Origin: an uncultured Gammaproteobacteria bacterium
Lineage (GTDB): Bacteria; Patescibacteriota; Microgenomatia; UBA8517
DNA: 64,000 bases
NCBI GenBank assembly: GCA_964540475.1
Contig: CAZIMC010000002.1
Coordinates: forward strand, 111,551-175,550
Reading direction: 5' to 3'
Each line of letters opens with the position of its first letter. Positions within the stretch are counted from its first letter, which is position 1. The notes under the pieces were generated by a model. It worked only from the letters and a program-made list of their open reading frames with translations. It made no database searches and was not told the origin of the DNA. The translations under genes were made by a program, and so were the position numbers. Shown piece by piece: positions 8,067 to 16,750 of this stretch.

Positions 8067-9669
8067 TCATCTATCAAATGTATCGGGTTACTATGCCCGT
8101 GTTTCAACAGGCAGGCAGGAAAACGAAGAAACAATAGAGTCCCAGAAAGCAGAAATTAAGGAAAGAATAAAAAAGGATAATAATTATATTTCCCCTGAAC
8201 ATGAATTCTTTGATGACGGATGGACTGGAACAATACTAGCCAGACCTGGACTCGATGCCTTAAGAGATACAGTAAAGCGAAAAGAGATTAAGTATTTATA
8301 TGTTTACGATTTAGGTCGATTGAGCCGAGATTTTACTTATCAGTTATTGCTTCTAAAAGAGTTTGAGGACGAAGGGGTAAAGGTAATATCGCTACACGAT
8401 ATTAACCCTGAGAATGGTGAGCAAAACTTTATGCGTAATATCATGGGTGCCTTCCACGATTATGAACGTATCAAAATTGCGGAACGGTTCAGGCGAGGTA
8501 AATTGCATAAGGCAAAGAATGGCCTTCTAATCAATGGTCAAGGACTATACGGTTATACCTACATAAAAAAGACAGATAATAAACCACCCAAAATTGTGCT
8601 AAATGCAAAAGAAGCAGAGGTGGTGAAACTAATTTTCAATTGGTTAGGTAATGAAGGATATTCCATTAAGGAAATTGTCAGAAAGCTTTACGAGAAGGGA
8701 ATACAGCCGAGAAAGAACAAAAGCGAGTTTTGGAGTACAGGACCAATTCTAAGGCTTCTTCGGTGTGACTCTTATATTACAGGGGTGATTTACTATAACA
8801 AATCAGAAGCGATTGAAACTAAAGTACCTCGAAAAGAAGAAAAGTACAGGAAGATAAAAAAGGGGAGCAGACGGGTAAGGCCAAGGGCAGAATGGTATCC
8901 CTACAAAGTACCGAAAATCCTAGATGATTGGGATTTATTCAACCGAGTCCAAAAGATATTGGACAACAATCGAAGGCATGGACCGAGAAGAAAATCTTAT
9001 GACTATTTGTTATCAGGTCTAATATTTTGTGAGTGTGGTCAAAGGCGGGCAGGAAATGGGAAGAATAACGGGCATTACTATTATCGGTGTACTGACAGAA
9101 TTCTCAGGCATCCCTTACCTCCTGAATGTAAATCACCGGCCTTAAATGCCAGAGTACTCGATAAAGTGTTTTGTGATGAGCTTACGAAATACCTCACAAA
9201 TTCCAAGAACATCAACGAGATTGCAGAAGACTACCTCAAAGCTCAAGCGGTTGATGAAAGCGAGGAAAGAGAAAAGCAAGCACACCTTCATAACATTTCA
9301 AAGCTTGAGGAAGAAGAAAGACGCTGTATCAGGCTTCATGTTGAGGGAGAAATTGAGTTCGAGGAATTTAAGGAACTAAAAAGTGATATAAACAAACGAA
9401 GAAAGGATGAAGAAAACGAGCTAAAACGACTAAATGAGCTAACAAAGGATATAAATATCGATAACGTTGAGCTACAAGAATTCTGCCAAGAGGTGAAAGA
9501 AGTGTTACAGAGCCTCAATTACTCAAGTAAGTCTTTGTTAATTAGAGACGTAATTGATAAAATAGTCATGAAAGGAACAACAAATGAGGTTGAAGTTATG
9601 GGGCATATACCCATAAATCACCTAAATATCGGGTATGAACTTATCAGTAGGAATAGTGGGCCTACCTAA
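8059..9669 (+). CDS. large serine recombinase (integrase)
   Basis: N-terminal resolvase catalytic domain (YARVSTGRQENEE with the catalytic Ser region). Central recombinase domain. Zn-ribbon (CECG...C..C). C-terminal coiled coil. 536 aa. Confidence 0.9.
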   Translation: MDNHLSNVSGYYARVSTGRQENEETIESQKAEIKERIKKDNNYISPEHEFFDDGWTGTILARPGLDALRDTVKRKEIKYLYVYDLGRLSRDFTYQLLLLKEFEDEGVKVISLHDINPENGEQNFMRNIMGAFHDYERIKIAERFRRGKLHKAKNGLLINGQGLYGYTYIKKTDNKPPKIVLNAKEAEVVKLIFNWLGNEGYSIKEIVRKLYEKGIQPRKNKSEFWSTGPILRLLRCDSYITGVIYYNKSEAIETKVPRKEEKYRKIKKGSRRVRPRAEWYPYKVPKILDDWDLFNRVQKILDNNRRHGPRRKSYDYLLSGLIFCECGQRRAGNGKNNGHYYYRCTDRILRHPLPPECKSPALNARVLDKVFCDELTKYLTNSKNINEIAEDYLKAQAVDESEEREKQAHLHNISKLEEEERRCIRLHVEGEIEFEEFKELKSDINKRRKDEENELKRLNELTKDINIDNVELQEFCQEVKEVLQSLNYSSKSLLIRDVIDKIVMKGTTNEVEVMGHIPINHLNIGYELISRNSGPT

Positions 9670-10738
9670 CGTTGGAAAGTCCACACTTTTTAATGCGCTT
9701 TTGAAAAAGCAGCAAGCATATGTTGCTAATTTTCCTTTTGCAACGATCGAACCGAATATTGGAGTCGTGCCAGTACCAGACAATCGTCTATCGCAATTGT
9801 CGCAAGCGGTCAAAGGTTCAGAAGGGCTTGACGTTTTGCCGCCCGGGGTTCCTGCGACTGTTGAGTTCGTAGACATTGCAGGGTTAATCGCAGGAGCACA
9901 TAAAGGCGAAGGTTTGGGGAATAAATTTCTAAGCCATATTAGGGAAGTTGATGCGATTTGTCATGTCTTACGGGTTTTTAGTGATAAGGATATTGTGCGT
10001 GACGGGCAAATAACACCCGACTTGGATTTTGAAACTATTGAAACTGAGTTGGCGCTTGCTGATCTGCAGACATTAGAAAACCAGAAAGACCCGGGAGGCT
10101 CGCAGGACAAAGAATTACGAAAAAGATGGGAATTAGTACTAAAATTAAAGGAATCGATCTCAAAAGGTAAGCCGGCAAGAAGTATTGTTTTATCGGATGA
10201 AGAGACAAAAATCCTAAAAGAACTCTCATTACTTACAGCAAAACCAATTTTGATTGTACTTAATGTCGATGAGGACGATTTAAAACGAAGAGGCGAGATC
10301 GAAGAACATTTTGCAATGCGGCTTAAAGTCAATAAAGAGCAGGTTGTTACAATTTGTGCAAAGACCGAAAGCCAATTAGCTGATCTTACTGACGAGGAGC
10401 AGGCAGTTTATTTAAGTGAATTAGGGGTATCTGACTCAGGATTATCACGACTGATTCAAAAAGCATTTACAACACTTGGACTTATTACTTTTCTGACAGC
10501 TGGTGAAAAGGAAGTTCGGGCCTGGACCATTAAAGCGGGAATTACGGCACAAGAGGCCTCGGGGGTTATCCACACGGATTTTATGAAAAAGTTTATAAAG
10601 GCAGACGTTTGCAATTTCAACGATTTTATATCTGCCCCGGGATGGAAGATTGCCCGAGAGAAAGGGCTGGTCCGTTCAGAAGGCCGGGACTATATTGTAA
10701 AAGAGGCGGATGTAATTGAGTTTAAAATTGGAAGCTGA
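9635..10738 (+). CDS. ychF: ribosome-binding ATPase YchF (Obg family GTPase)
   Basis: G1 motif GIVGLPNVGKSTLFNAL. C-terminal TGS domain. 367 aa. Confidence 0.9.
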   Translation: MNLSVGIVGLPNVGKSTLFNALLKKQQAYVANFPFATIEPNIGVVPVPDNRLSQLSQAVKGSEGLDVLPPGVPATVEFVDIAGLIAGAHKGEGLGNKFLSHIREVDAICHVLRVFSDKDIVRDGQITPDLDFETIETELALADLQTLENQKDPGGSQDKELRKRWELVLKLKESISKGKPARSIVLSDEETKILKELSLLTAKPILIVLNVDEDDLKRRGEIEEHFAMRLKVNKEQVVTICAKTESQLADLTDEEQAVYLSELGVSDSGLSRLIQKAFTTLGLITFLTAGEKEVRAWTIKAGITAQEASGVIHTDFMKKFIKADVCNFNDFISAPGWKIAREKGLVRSEGRDYIVKEADVIEFKIGS

Positions 10739-10753
10739 TATACTAACTCACAT

Positions 10754-11041
10754 ATGCAAAAGTATGAATTAACAGTTGTATTACCGGGAAAAACCTCAGC
10801 TGCCAAAAAGAAGGCATTTGTTGAAAAACTGGAAAAGACCGTTGATGCGATGGAGGGAAAGCTGGGCAAACTTGAAGATTGGGGAGAAAAACCTTTAGCG
10901 TACGAAATTAAGAAAAATGAAGTTGGAAATTATCTTCATTTTCCTTTAGAATTAATATCAACAAAAGCAGGGCAGATTGACGCAAAGCTTAAAGTTGATG
11001 ACGAAGTATTAAGATATTTATTAGTTAGAGTTGAGAAATAA
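10754..11041 (+). CDS. rpsF: 30S ribosomal protein S6
   Basis: 95 aa. MQKYELTVVL...PLAYEIKK. Conserved rpsF-ssb-rpsR order. Confidence 0.9.
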   Translation: MQKYELTVVLPGKTSAAKKKAFVEKLEKTVDAMEGKLGKLEDWGEKPLAYEIKKNEVGNYLHFPLELISTKAGQIDAKLKVDDEVLRYLLVRVEK

Positions 11042-11536
11042 ATGGCAAGAAGCTTAAATAAAGTAACCTTAATTGGAAATCTGACCCGCGATCCGGAGAT
11101 GCGCTACACACCTTCTGGCAGTGCAGTCTGCACATTCGGTATTGCAACAAATAGGCAATGGGTTACCGAGTCAGGAGAGAAAAAAGAGGATGCAGAATTT
11201 CACCGGGTTGTCGCTTGGAATAAATTAGCAGAAATCTGCTCGCAACTATTAACTAAGGGTAGAAAGGTTTATGTCGAAGGGCGCTTGCAAACTCGAAGCT
11301 GGACTGGACAAGACAATCAGCAAAGACAAACCACAGAGGTTGTTATAACTGACATGATACTCCTGGATTCAAGGCAGGGTGGAGCAGGTCCGGCACCAGT
11401 TGATGACTTTGATATACCAGAAGAGTTTACTAACGAACCTCCGGTAGAAGCGGCTGGGGAAGAAGCGAAGTCTAAGAAGGATTCTGCAAAAAAGGCTGAA
11501 AAAAAAGAGCCTGAGGATGAGGAAATACCATTCTGA
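11042..11536 (+). CDS. ssb: single-stranded DNA-binding protein
   Basis: OB-fold N-terminus (NKVTLIGNLTRDPEMRYT). Acidic tail ending DEEIPF. Confidence 0.9.
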   Translation: MARSLNKVTLIGNLTRDPEMRYTPSGSAVCTFGIATNRQWVTESGEKKEDAEFHRVVAWNKLAEICSQLLTKGRKVYVEGRLQTRSWTGQDNQQRQTTEVVITDMILLDSRQGGAGPAPVDDFDIPEEFTNEPPVEAAGEEAKSKKDSAKKAEKKEPEDEEIPF

Positions 11537-11778
11537 TGAAACAAAAAAGAAGAACAATTAAATTAAAACCAGTTCCTGCAAACTGTCCATTTTGTAAGAC
11601 AAAAACAGAACCGGATTATAAAAATTACCAAGAAATCAGTAAGTTTATAACTGAGAGAGGTAAAATTTTGGGTAAGGCACGTACTGGTGTTTGCACCAAA
11701 CATCAAAGAAGAATAGCCATAGCAATAAAACGGGCTAGGCATTTGGCACTTTTGCCGTTCACAGGCGCGCTTCAATAG
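11536..11778 (+). CDS. rpsR: 30S ribosomal protein S18
   Basis: 80 aa. CPFC...KNYQEISKFITERGKILGKARTG is the S18 signature. Confidence 0.9.
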   Translation: MKQKRRTIKLKPVPANCPFCKTKTEPDYKNYQEISKFITERGKILGKARTGVCTKHQRRIAIAIKRARHLALLPFTGALQ

Positions 11779-11795
11779 TATAAAATTCAACAAGA

Positions 11796-13040
11796 ATGAA
11801 TTTGCCCAGAATTAATTTTATAAAGTTGAGAAGGCTTTTGCTTTTTTCAATCATTGTATTGGGTTTATTTAGCGGTGGGTATTATGTTGGGATAAACGGC
11901 TATAAACTTTCGCTTACTCCTCAGTCCCGTAATATTGAAATAGTTAGAGATATACCTCCTGGTCGCGAGAACGTAAACTTTTCTTTGTTTTGGCGAGTCT
12001 GGGACACACTTTCAACATCATATTTTGACAAGGCTAAGCTTGATCCGGCAAAAATGGTGTATGGTGCAATCTCCGGTATGGTTGATGCACTCGGCGACCC
12101 TTACACTTCCTTCCTTCCACCTCAGGAAAACAAGGTGGTACAAGAGGACTTAAGTGGCAGTTTTGAAGGTGTTGGAATTCAAATCGGTTTTAAAGGGACT
12201 CAACTGGCAGTTTTGGCACCACTACCAGGGTCACCGGCCGAGGCGGTAGGTGTTCGGGCAGGGGACTACATTATTGGTATAAAAGATGAAGCCAAGAATA
12301 TCGATCGCGGAACAGTTGGGATTAATTTAAGCGAGGCAGTTCAAATTATACGTGGACCAGCCAATTCAAGAGTCACCTTGACGCTTTTGCGGGACGGAGA
12401 GGAGGAGCCGAGGGTTGTTGATATAACAAGAAGAAAGATTGAAGTTCCAAGTTTGACACTGGAATATTTGGAGGATGGGACGATTGCGCACGTTAAACTT
12501 TTAAAGTTTGCGGGCGAAACTAAAGGCGAGTGGGATAAAACAGTGAGGGGATTAATTGGCAGGAATAATCTGCAAGGAATTGTCCTGGATCTTCGAAACA
12601 ACCCAGGAGGCTATATGGATTCGGCGGTTGACATTGCCTCAGAATTTTTACCCAATGGTTCATTGATTGTAACTGAGGAGAAAGGGACAGGAGAGAAAAT
12701 TGAATTCAAGGTTAGACGCCTTGGCTTACTTACAAAGACGCCGGTTGTAGTAATAATTAACGAGGGGAGTGCATCTGCTTCTGAGATTCTGGCGGGCGCA
12801 TTGCGGGATATTGCCAAAATTCAATTGGTGGGTGAAAAATCATTTGGTAAGGGAACAATTCAGGAGCCGAGACAATTGGAAGGCGGGAGCGGACTGCATA
12901 TTACAATTGCCAGATGGCTAACCCCATCGGGGTACTGGGTAAACGAACAGGGTTTAAAACCGGATATTGAGGTTACTGATGATGAAAACACAGAAGAAGA
13001 CGAGCAGTTGCAGGAAGCTTTGAAAGTGTTAAAATCTTAA
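11796..13040 (+). CDS. carboxyl-terminal processing protease (S41 family) with PDZ domain
   Basis: N-terminal TM segment. PDZ region (GVGIQIGF...LPGSPAEAVGVRAGDYIIGI). S41 catalytic region (VVVIINEGSASASEILAGAL; KSFGKGT). Confidence 0.85.
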   Translation: MNLPRINFIKLRRLLLFSIIVLGLFSGGYYVGINGYKLSLTPQSRNIEIVRDIPPGRENVNFSLFWRVWDTLSTSYFDKAKLDPAKMVYGAISGMVDALGDPYTSFLPPQENKVVQEDLSGSFEGVGIQIGFKGTQLAVLAPLPGSPAEAVGVRAGDYIIGIKDEAKNIDRGTVGINLSEAVQIIRGPANSRVTLTLLRDGEEEPRVVDITRRKIEVPSLTLEYLEDGTIAHVKLLKFAGETKGEWDKTVRGLIGRNNLQGIVLDLRNNPGGYMDSAVDIASEFLPNGSLIVTEEKGTGEKIEFKVRRLGLLTKTPVVVIINEGSASASEILAGALRDIAKIQLVGEKSFGKGTIQEPRQLEGGSGLHITIARWLTPSGYWVNEQGLKPDIEVTDDENTEEDEQLQEALKVLKS

Positions 13041-13058
13041 AGTACACATATTTTCTAT

Positions 13059-14213
13059 TTGGTATTTATGAATAGAATTCCCTCAAGAGTATTGGTTATT
13101 TTAGTTGGCTTGGTTATTCTCGCCGTAGTCGCAACGGCTGGGGCGGTAGTTGACAGAATTGTTGGATTAAGACCTTTAGATAGATTTTTGGGACAGAGAA
13201 CAAATTTGATTGGAGAAGAAAGACGGATATTGAATGAGGAGTCAGTAGTTATTGACGTAGCCGAGTCGGTCTCTCCTTCGGTTGTTACAGTAACCCGGCA
13301 AACCGAAGCAAGGAGGATTTTGGAATTTAATCCCTTCGGTGGGTTTAGTTCAAGAGTTGAAGGAGGGCAGGACAGAGACATTGGAACCGGGTTTATTGTT
13401 TCAGAAGATGGGCTAATCATTACCAATAAGCACGTTGTGAGTAATACTCAGGTTACGTATAAAGTTGTGACAAGCGACAATAAAGAGTACGAGGTGCAAA
13501 GCATTGCACGCGACCCATCAAACGATATCGCAGTTCTCAAAATTGATGCTTCGGGTTTAAAACCAGTGCAGCTGGGGGAATCGGATAATCTTAAGGTCGG
13601 GCAATTTGTTGTTGCAATTGGTACTGCCTTGGGAGAGTTTAGGCATACGGTTACTACCGGCGTAATTTCAGGGTTAGGGCGTGGAATAGTTGCAGGAAGC
13701 GTTTATGAAGGCTTTGTTGAGCGCTTGGACGGAGTTATTCAAACCGATGCGGCAATTAATCCTGGCAATTCAGGGGGGCCTTTACTTAATTCCGCAGGAC
13801 AGGTGATTGGAGTTAATGTTGCTGTCGCAAGCGGGGCGCAAAACATAGGATTTGCAATACCCATTGAAGTGGTTAAAAACGCCTTAGATCAATATGGAGA
13901 AATGGGTGGAGTGTTTAGAAGAGCGTATCTCGGTGTTGAATACCAAGTAATTAGCGCACAAGCTGCAATCTTGAATGAAGTTCCCCAGGGAGCATACATT
14001 ACAAATGTATTATCTGGTTCTCCGGCTGAAAAGGCAGGCTTAAGAACAGATGATATTGTAACAAGAATGGACGGGCAGAATGTTACCCAAAGCACAAATG
14101 GATTGGTTGATATAATCTCCAAAAAACGCGTGGGAGACAGGGTCGATATGGAAATCTGGCGCAACGAACAAACTTTTCAAATTTCAGCAACCCTTGAGGA
14201 ATTCAGGGAGTAG
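13059..14213 (+). CDS. htrA: HtrA/DegP-family trypsin-like serine protease with PDZ domain
   Basis: Catalytic triad context: TNKHVV (His), DIAVLKID (Asp), GNSGGPLLN (Ser). C-terminal PDZ (LSGSPAEKAGLRTDDIV). Confidence 0.85.
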   Translation: MVFMNRIPSRVLVILVGLVILAVVATAGAVVDRIVGLRPLDRFLGQRTNLIGEERRILNEESVVIDVAESVSPSVVTVTRQTEARRILEFNPFGGFSSRVEGGQDRDIGTGFIVSEDGLIITNKHVVSNTQVTYKVVTSDNKEYEVQSIARDPSNDIAVLKIDASGLKPVQLGESDNLKVGQFVVAIGTALGEFRHTVTTGVISGLGRGIVAGSVYEGFVERLDGVIQTDAAINPGNSGGPLLNSAGQVIGVNVAVASGAQNIGFAIPIEVVKNALDQYGEMGGVFRRAYLGVEYQVISAQAAILNEVPQGAYITNVLSGSPAEKAGLRTDDIVTRMDGQNVTQSTNGLVDIISKKRVGDRVDMEIWRNEQTFQISATLEEFRE

Positions 14214-14642
14214 TTAGACAACTAACTGCGATTCAAGTTGTGTCCTAATCCTGCCTCGGGATCCTGGCGGGATACTTTTACAGGTAAAGCGAATCAAAGC
14301 TTGCTTGGCTGTTCGTAAATCTGCATTTGTAGTGTGGTACTCCTCAATGATTGGTAACCAGAGAATCTTATTGTTGAAACATTTTATAACTGTATCAAGA
14401 AACGCTGATGTTAATTCTTGCGGTATTTCCTCCCCCTGGCCATAAGAATCTGGCAGAACACTTCTTCGTGCATGAGTAACCAGGGCAGAAGCCATGGGGG
14501 TTTCGTAATCAATCCCGGGTTCTTTGGTTAGCTTAACATTCCTCCCTAGCATTAAATTTTTATACAAAGCTACACTGAAATCTGGTGGTAATACAGTAGA
14601 AATGGCTGCAGCTTGTGCGTATGGGTTACCTGTGTCCCCCAA
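14214..14642 (-). CDS. hypothetical protein; possibly the frameshifted C-terminal continuation of the upstream HExxH gene
   Basis: 142-aa ORF that starts only at a TTG. Different frame from the 14570-15628 ORF and overlaps it. Confidence 0.35.
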   Translation of the reverse strand: MGDTGNPYAQAAAISTVLPPDFSVALYKNLMLGRNVKLTKEPGIDYETPMASALVTHARRSVLPDSYGQGEEIPQELTSAFLDTVIKCFNNKILWLPIIEEYHTTNADLRTAKQALIRFTCKSIPPGSRGRIRTQLESQLVV

Positions 14643-15628
14643 GACCGAATGGCTTGTTGGGCAATTGCTAAAATTTGGCGTCTTTCCAGGTCAACCGCGG
14701 ATATTTTCATCAAAGTTTTATAATGACGGGCAATTTGCTCATCTTCCCGGAAAGTGTTTGCTGGGAAGTAAATTGCGTTGATAATATTGACCAATGCAAA
14801 ATTGATATCTTGAGAATCTGGACTTTGCAGCAGATTAACTAGGGGAAACTCCTTGCACCATAAATATGCAGGTAGCTCAATTCTCATTTCGCCTCGAGCA
14901 GTGTGAAGAATGCCTTTAAGCATTTTTTCATTTTCTTCCAAATCACCGGGCTGTATTGCCTCATTTTCTACTGTTCTTAATATTTCAGGTTTATCAATAA
15001 AGTTACTGACTCCGTAATCTTTGTAGTCGTATCCCATGGCCTGTTGCCAAACGTGTATGTCTTCGTGCCAAACGGTTGTTTGATATTCTTTCCGCCTTTG
15101 GACAACCGGCATTCTCCCGAGTTCAGTAGCGAAAAGACCAATAAAACCCCGCGGTCGGGTTTTACGAGTATGTTTCTTGCCAAATGAGTACTCTAATATT
15201 TTATCGAATTCAGTGCCGTCGGCTACCAGTCCTACCGAGAACAAACTCCACTCAAACTCAACTTTTCTTGGGTCTAAATCTAACTCACCTTCGCTGGTAA
15301 ATTTGATGGCACTCAACAGGTTTTTCTTAACCTCGATAGGATTTCTCCCCATTTTTGCTTGGCAAATTGCCCTTCTGTTCATTAAATTCCAGGTTTTCAT
15401 AAGTCCATTGACCAGAAGAAATGACCGTTGCCATTCGGTTAATTCACCCAACTCGGGAGTTGATGAGACCAAGCGTTCGGCCAATTCGTTTAAGGATGGA
15501 ATAAAGGGATAATTGTGAATATGCTTAAATGCAAGATCTTTCCCTGAAAGAAACATTTTTGCAGCAATATGGAACGTTTTTAGAGTTTGAGCTGGTGTTG
15601 GCACTTGCTCTGGAGCTCGCTCAATCAT
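14570..15628 (-). CDS. hypothetical protein with HExxHxxQQ (Zn-metallopeptidase-like) motif
   Basis: 352 aa. Contains WHEDIHVWQQ. Otherwise unrecognised. Its 3' end overlaps the next ORF by 73 nt in another frame. Confidence 0.5.
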   Translation of the reverse strand: MIERAPEQVPTPAQTLKTFHIAAKMFLSGKDLAFKHIHNYPFIPSLNELAERLVSSTPELGELTEWQRSFLLVNGLMKTWNLMNRRAICQAKMGRNPIEVKKNLLSAIKFTSEGELDLDPRKVEFEWSLFSVGLVADGTEFDKILEYSFGKKHTRKTRPRGFIGLFATELGRMPVVQRRKEYQTTVWHEDIHVWQQAMGYDYKDYGVSNFIDKPEILRTVENEAIQPGDLEENEKMLKGILHTARGEMRIELPAYLWCKEFPLVNLLQSPDSQDINFALVNIINAIYFPANTFREDEQIARHYKTLMKISAVDLERRQILAIAQQAIRSWGTQVTHTHKLQPFLLYYHQISV

Positions 15629-15703
15629 GTTAGTAGGAAATTATAACACCAATAAAAAGAACTACTATAAACAATATTTAAATTGATATATATTGTCTAG
15701 AAT

Positions 15704-16747
15704 ATGGCAGGGACTGAAAGAGATGATGTGGGCCGCGGGGAAATTCTCGGTGGCATACTCGCTGGGAGTTCAGAACGTAGTGGTGAGTATGCGGTTGTCA
15801 AAAATTATCCTCACGAAATGGTTTTGGGGACAAACATACGAGACAAAAATGAGGAGTTTGTAAGAAGGTTAGCCAAAAGCATAATTGCACAAGGCCAGAT
15901 ACAAGAGTGTACAGGTGACACTCTGCCAGATGGAAGAACAAGAGTTTGGGCAGGTCAACATAGGTTTTGGGCTGTTGAAATGATCAACCAGTTAGTGAAG
16001 GAGCATAATATTCAAAACCCTGATAATATTTTGCCCCTTACCAAGCTTCGCGTTCGCGTTTGGCCAATCGAGTTTACAGAAGATCAGATTTTAGAAGTAC
16101 AGATAGCAGAAAACTTGCACGAAAAAATGAACCCAGAAGACGAGGCTGAGGCAATTAGTGCAATTTACAGGTTATATGAGGCGAGGATAGGAGGTGCGGC
16201 GAGTGTAGCGGATTTTGCAAGAAGGGTGGGGCTGGGCGAAAGTAAGGTGCGAAATGCCGTGTGGTTTATGGGACTTGAGCCAAAAGTAAGAGAGGCTGTT
16301 GGTCGCGGTGTGCTTTTGTATAGTATTGCCATTTTGCTCAGAAGGGTTCCCCCGGAGAAACAGTTCCCTTTGGCTACACGGGCAGTTACCGGAAATCTCG
16401 ACCGCGAATCTGTAGAGATTTTGATTAGACAAACTTTGGGGGATAACGGTGCTATTGAAATGTTCACGGATCTAGTAAGGGCTCAGTTAGATGAGCAGAA
16501 TTTTACTATTGCATATAGAAACGCGGCAGACCGAGTAGCAAAAGAAGCGTCTGGTTATTTCAAGCGTATACTTCTACTTATCAACAGAGCTGATTATTCG
16601 GAAAGAATAAAACTCACGGAGCCAATAAGGGATATACTAGCTATGTTTATATTTGAAGCCCAGCAGTTCGAAAAGATATTAATGGAAATTGCCCCGCAAG
16701 TGCACCAAACTTTGTCTGTAAGGGTAGAAGAACTTGCGAATCAGTAG
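15704..16747 (+). CDS. ParB/Srx-like nuclease-domain protein with HTH (orphan ParB-like)
   Basis: ParB box-like VWAGQHRFWA. IAENLHEKMNPEDEAEAISAIYRL matches the ParB ENLQR..L.P.EEA region. HTH-like FARRVGLGESKVRNAV. No adjacent parA. Confidence 0.65.
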   Translation: MAGTERDDVGRGEILGGILAGSSERSGEYAVVKNYPHEMVLGTNIRDKNEEFVRRLAKSIIAQGQIQECTGDTLPDGRTRVWAGQHRFWAVEMINQLVKEHNIQNPDNILPLTKLRVRVWPIEFTEDQILEVQIAENLHEKMNPEDEAEAISAIYRLYEARIGGAASVADFARRVGLGESKVRNAVWFMGLEPKVREAVGRGVLLYSIAILLRRVPPEKQFPLATRAVTGNLDRESVEILIRQTLGDNGAIEMFTDLVRAQLDEQNFTIAYRNAADRVAKEASGYFKRILLLINRADYSERIKLTEPIRDILAMFIFEAQQFEKILMEIAPQVHQTLSVRVEELANQ

Positions 16748-16750
16748 TCC

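Larger units (their letters stand above)
3012..9669. mobile_element. putative integrated element (phage remnant / integrative island) bounded on the right by a serine integrase
   Basis: The cargo consists of unrelated hypotheticals, an HNH-AP2 endonuclease, operator-like palindromes and the TM+NTase pair. A terminator sits at the left edge. The integrase 3' end overlaps ychF. The left boundary is not defined. Confidence 0.45.

Noticed and set aside
9146-9379. 77-aa Lys/Arg-rich ORF inside the serine recombinase gene in another frame
   Set aside because: Low-complexity alternate-frame read-through of the recombinase's K/E-rich coiled-coil region. No RBS. Fully nested.
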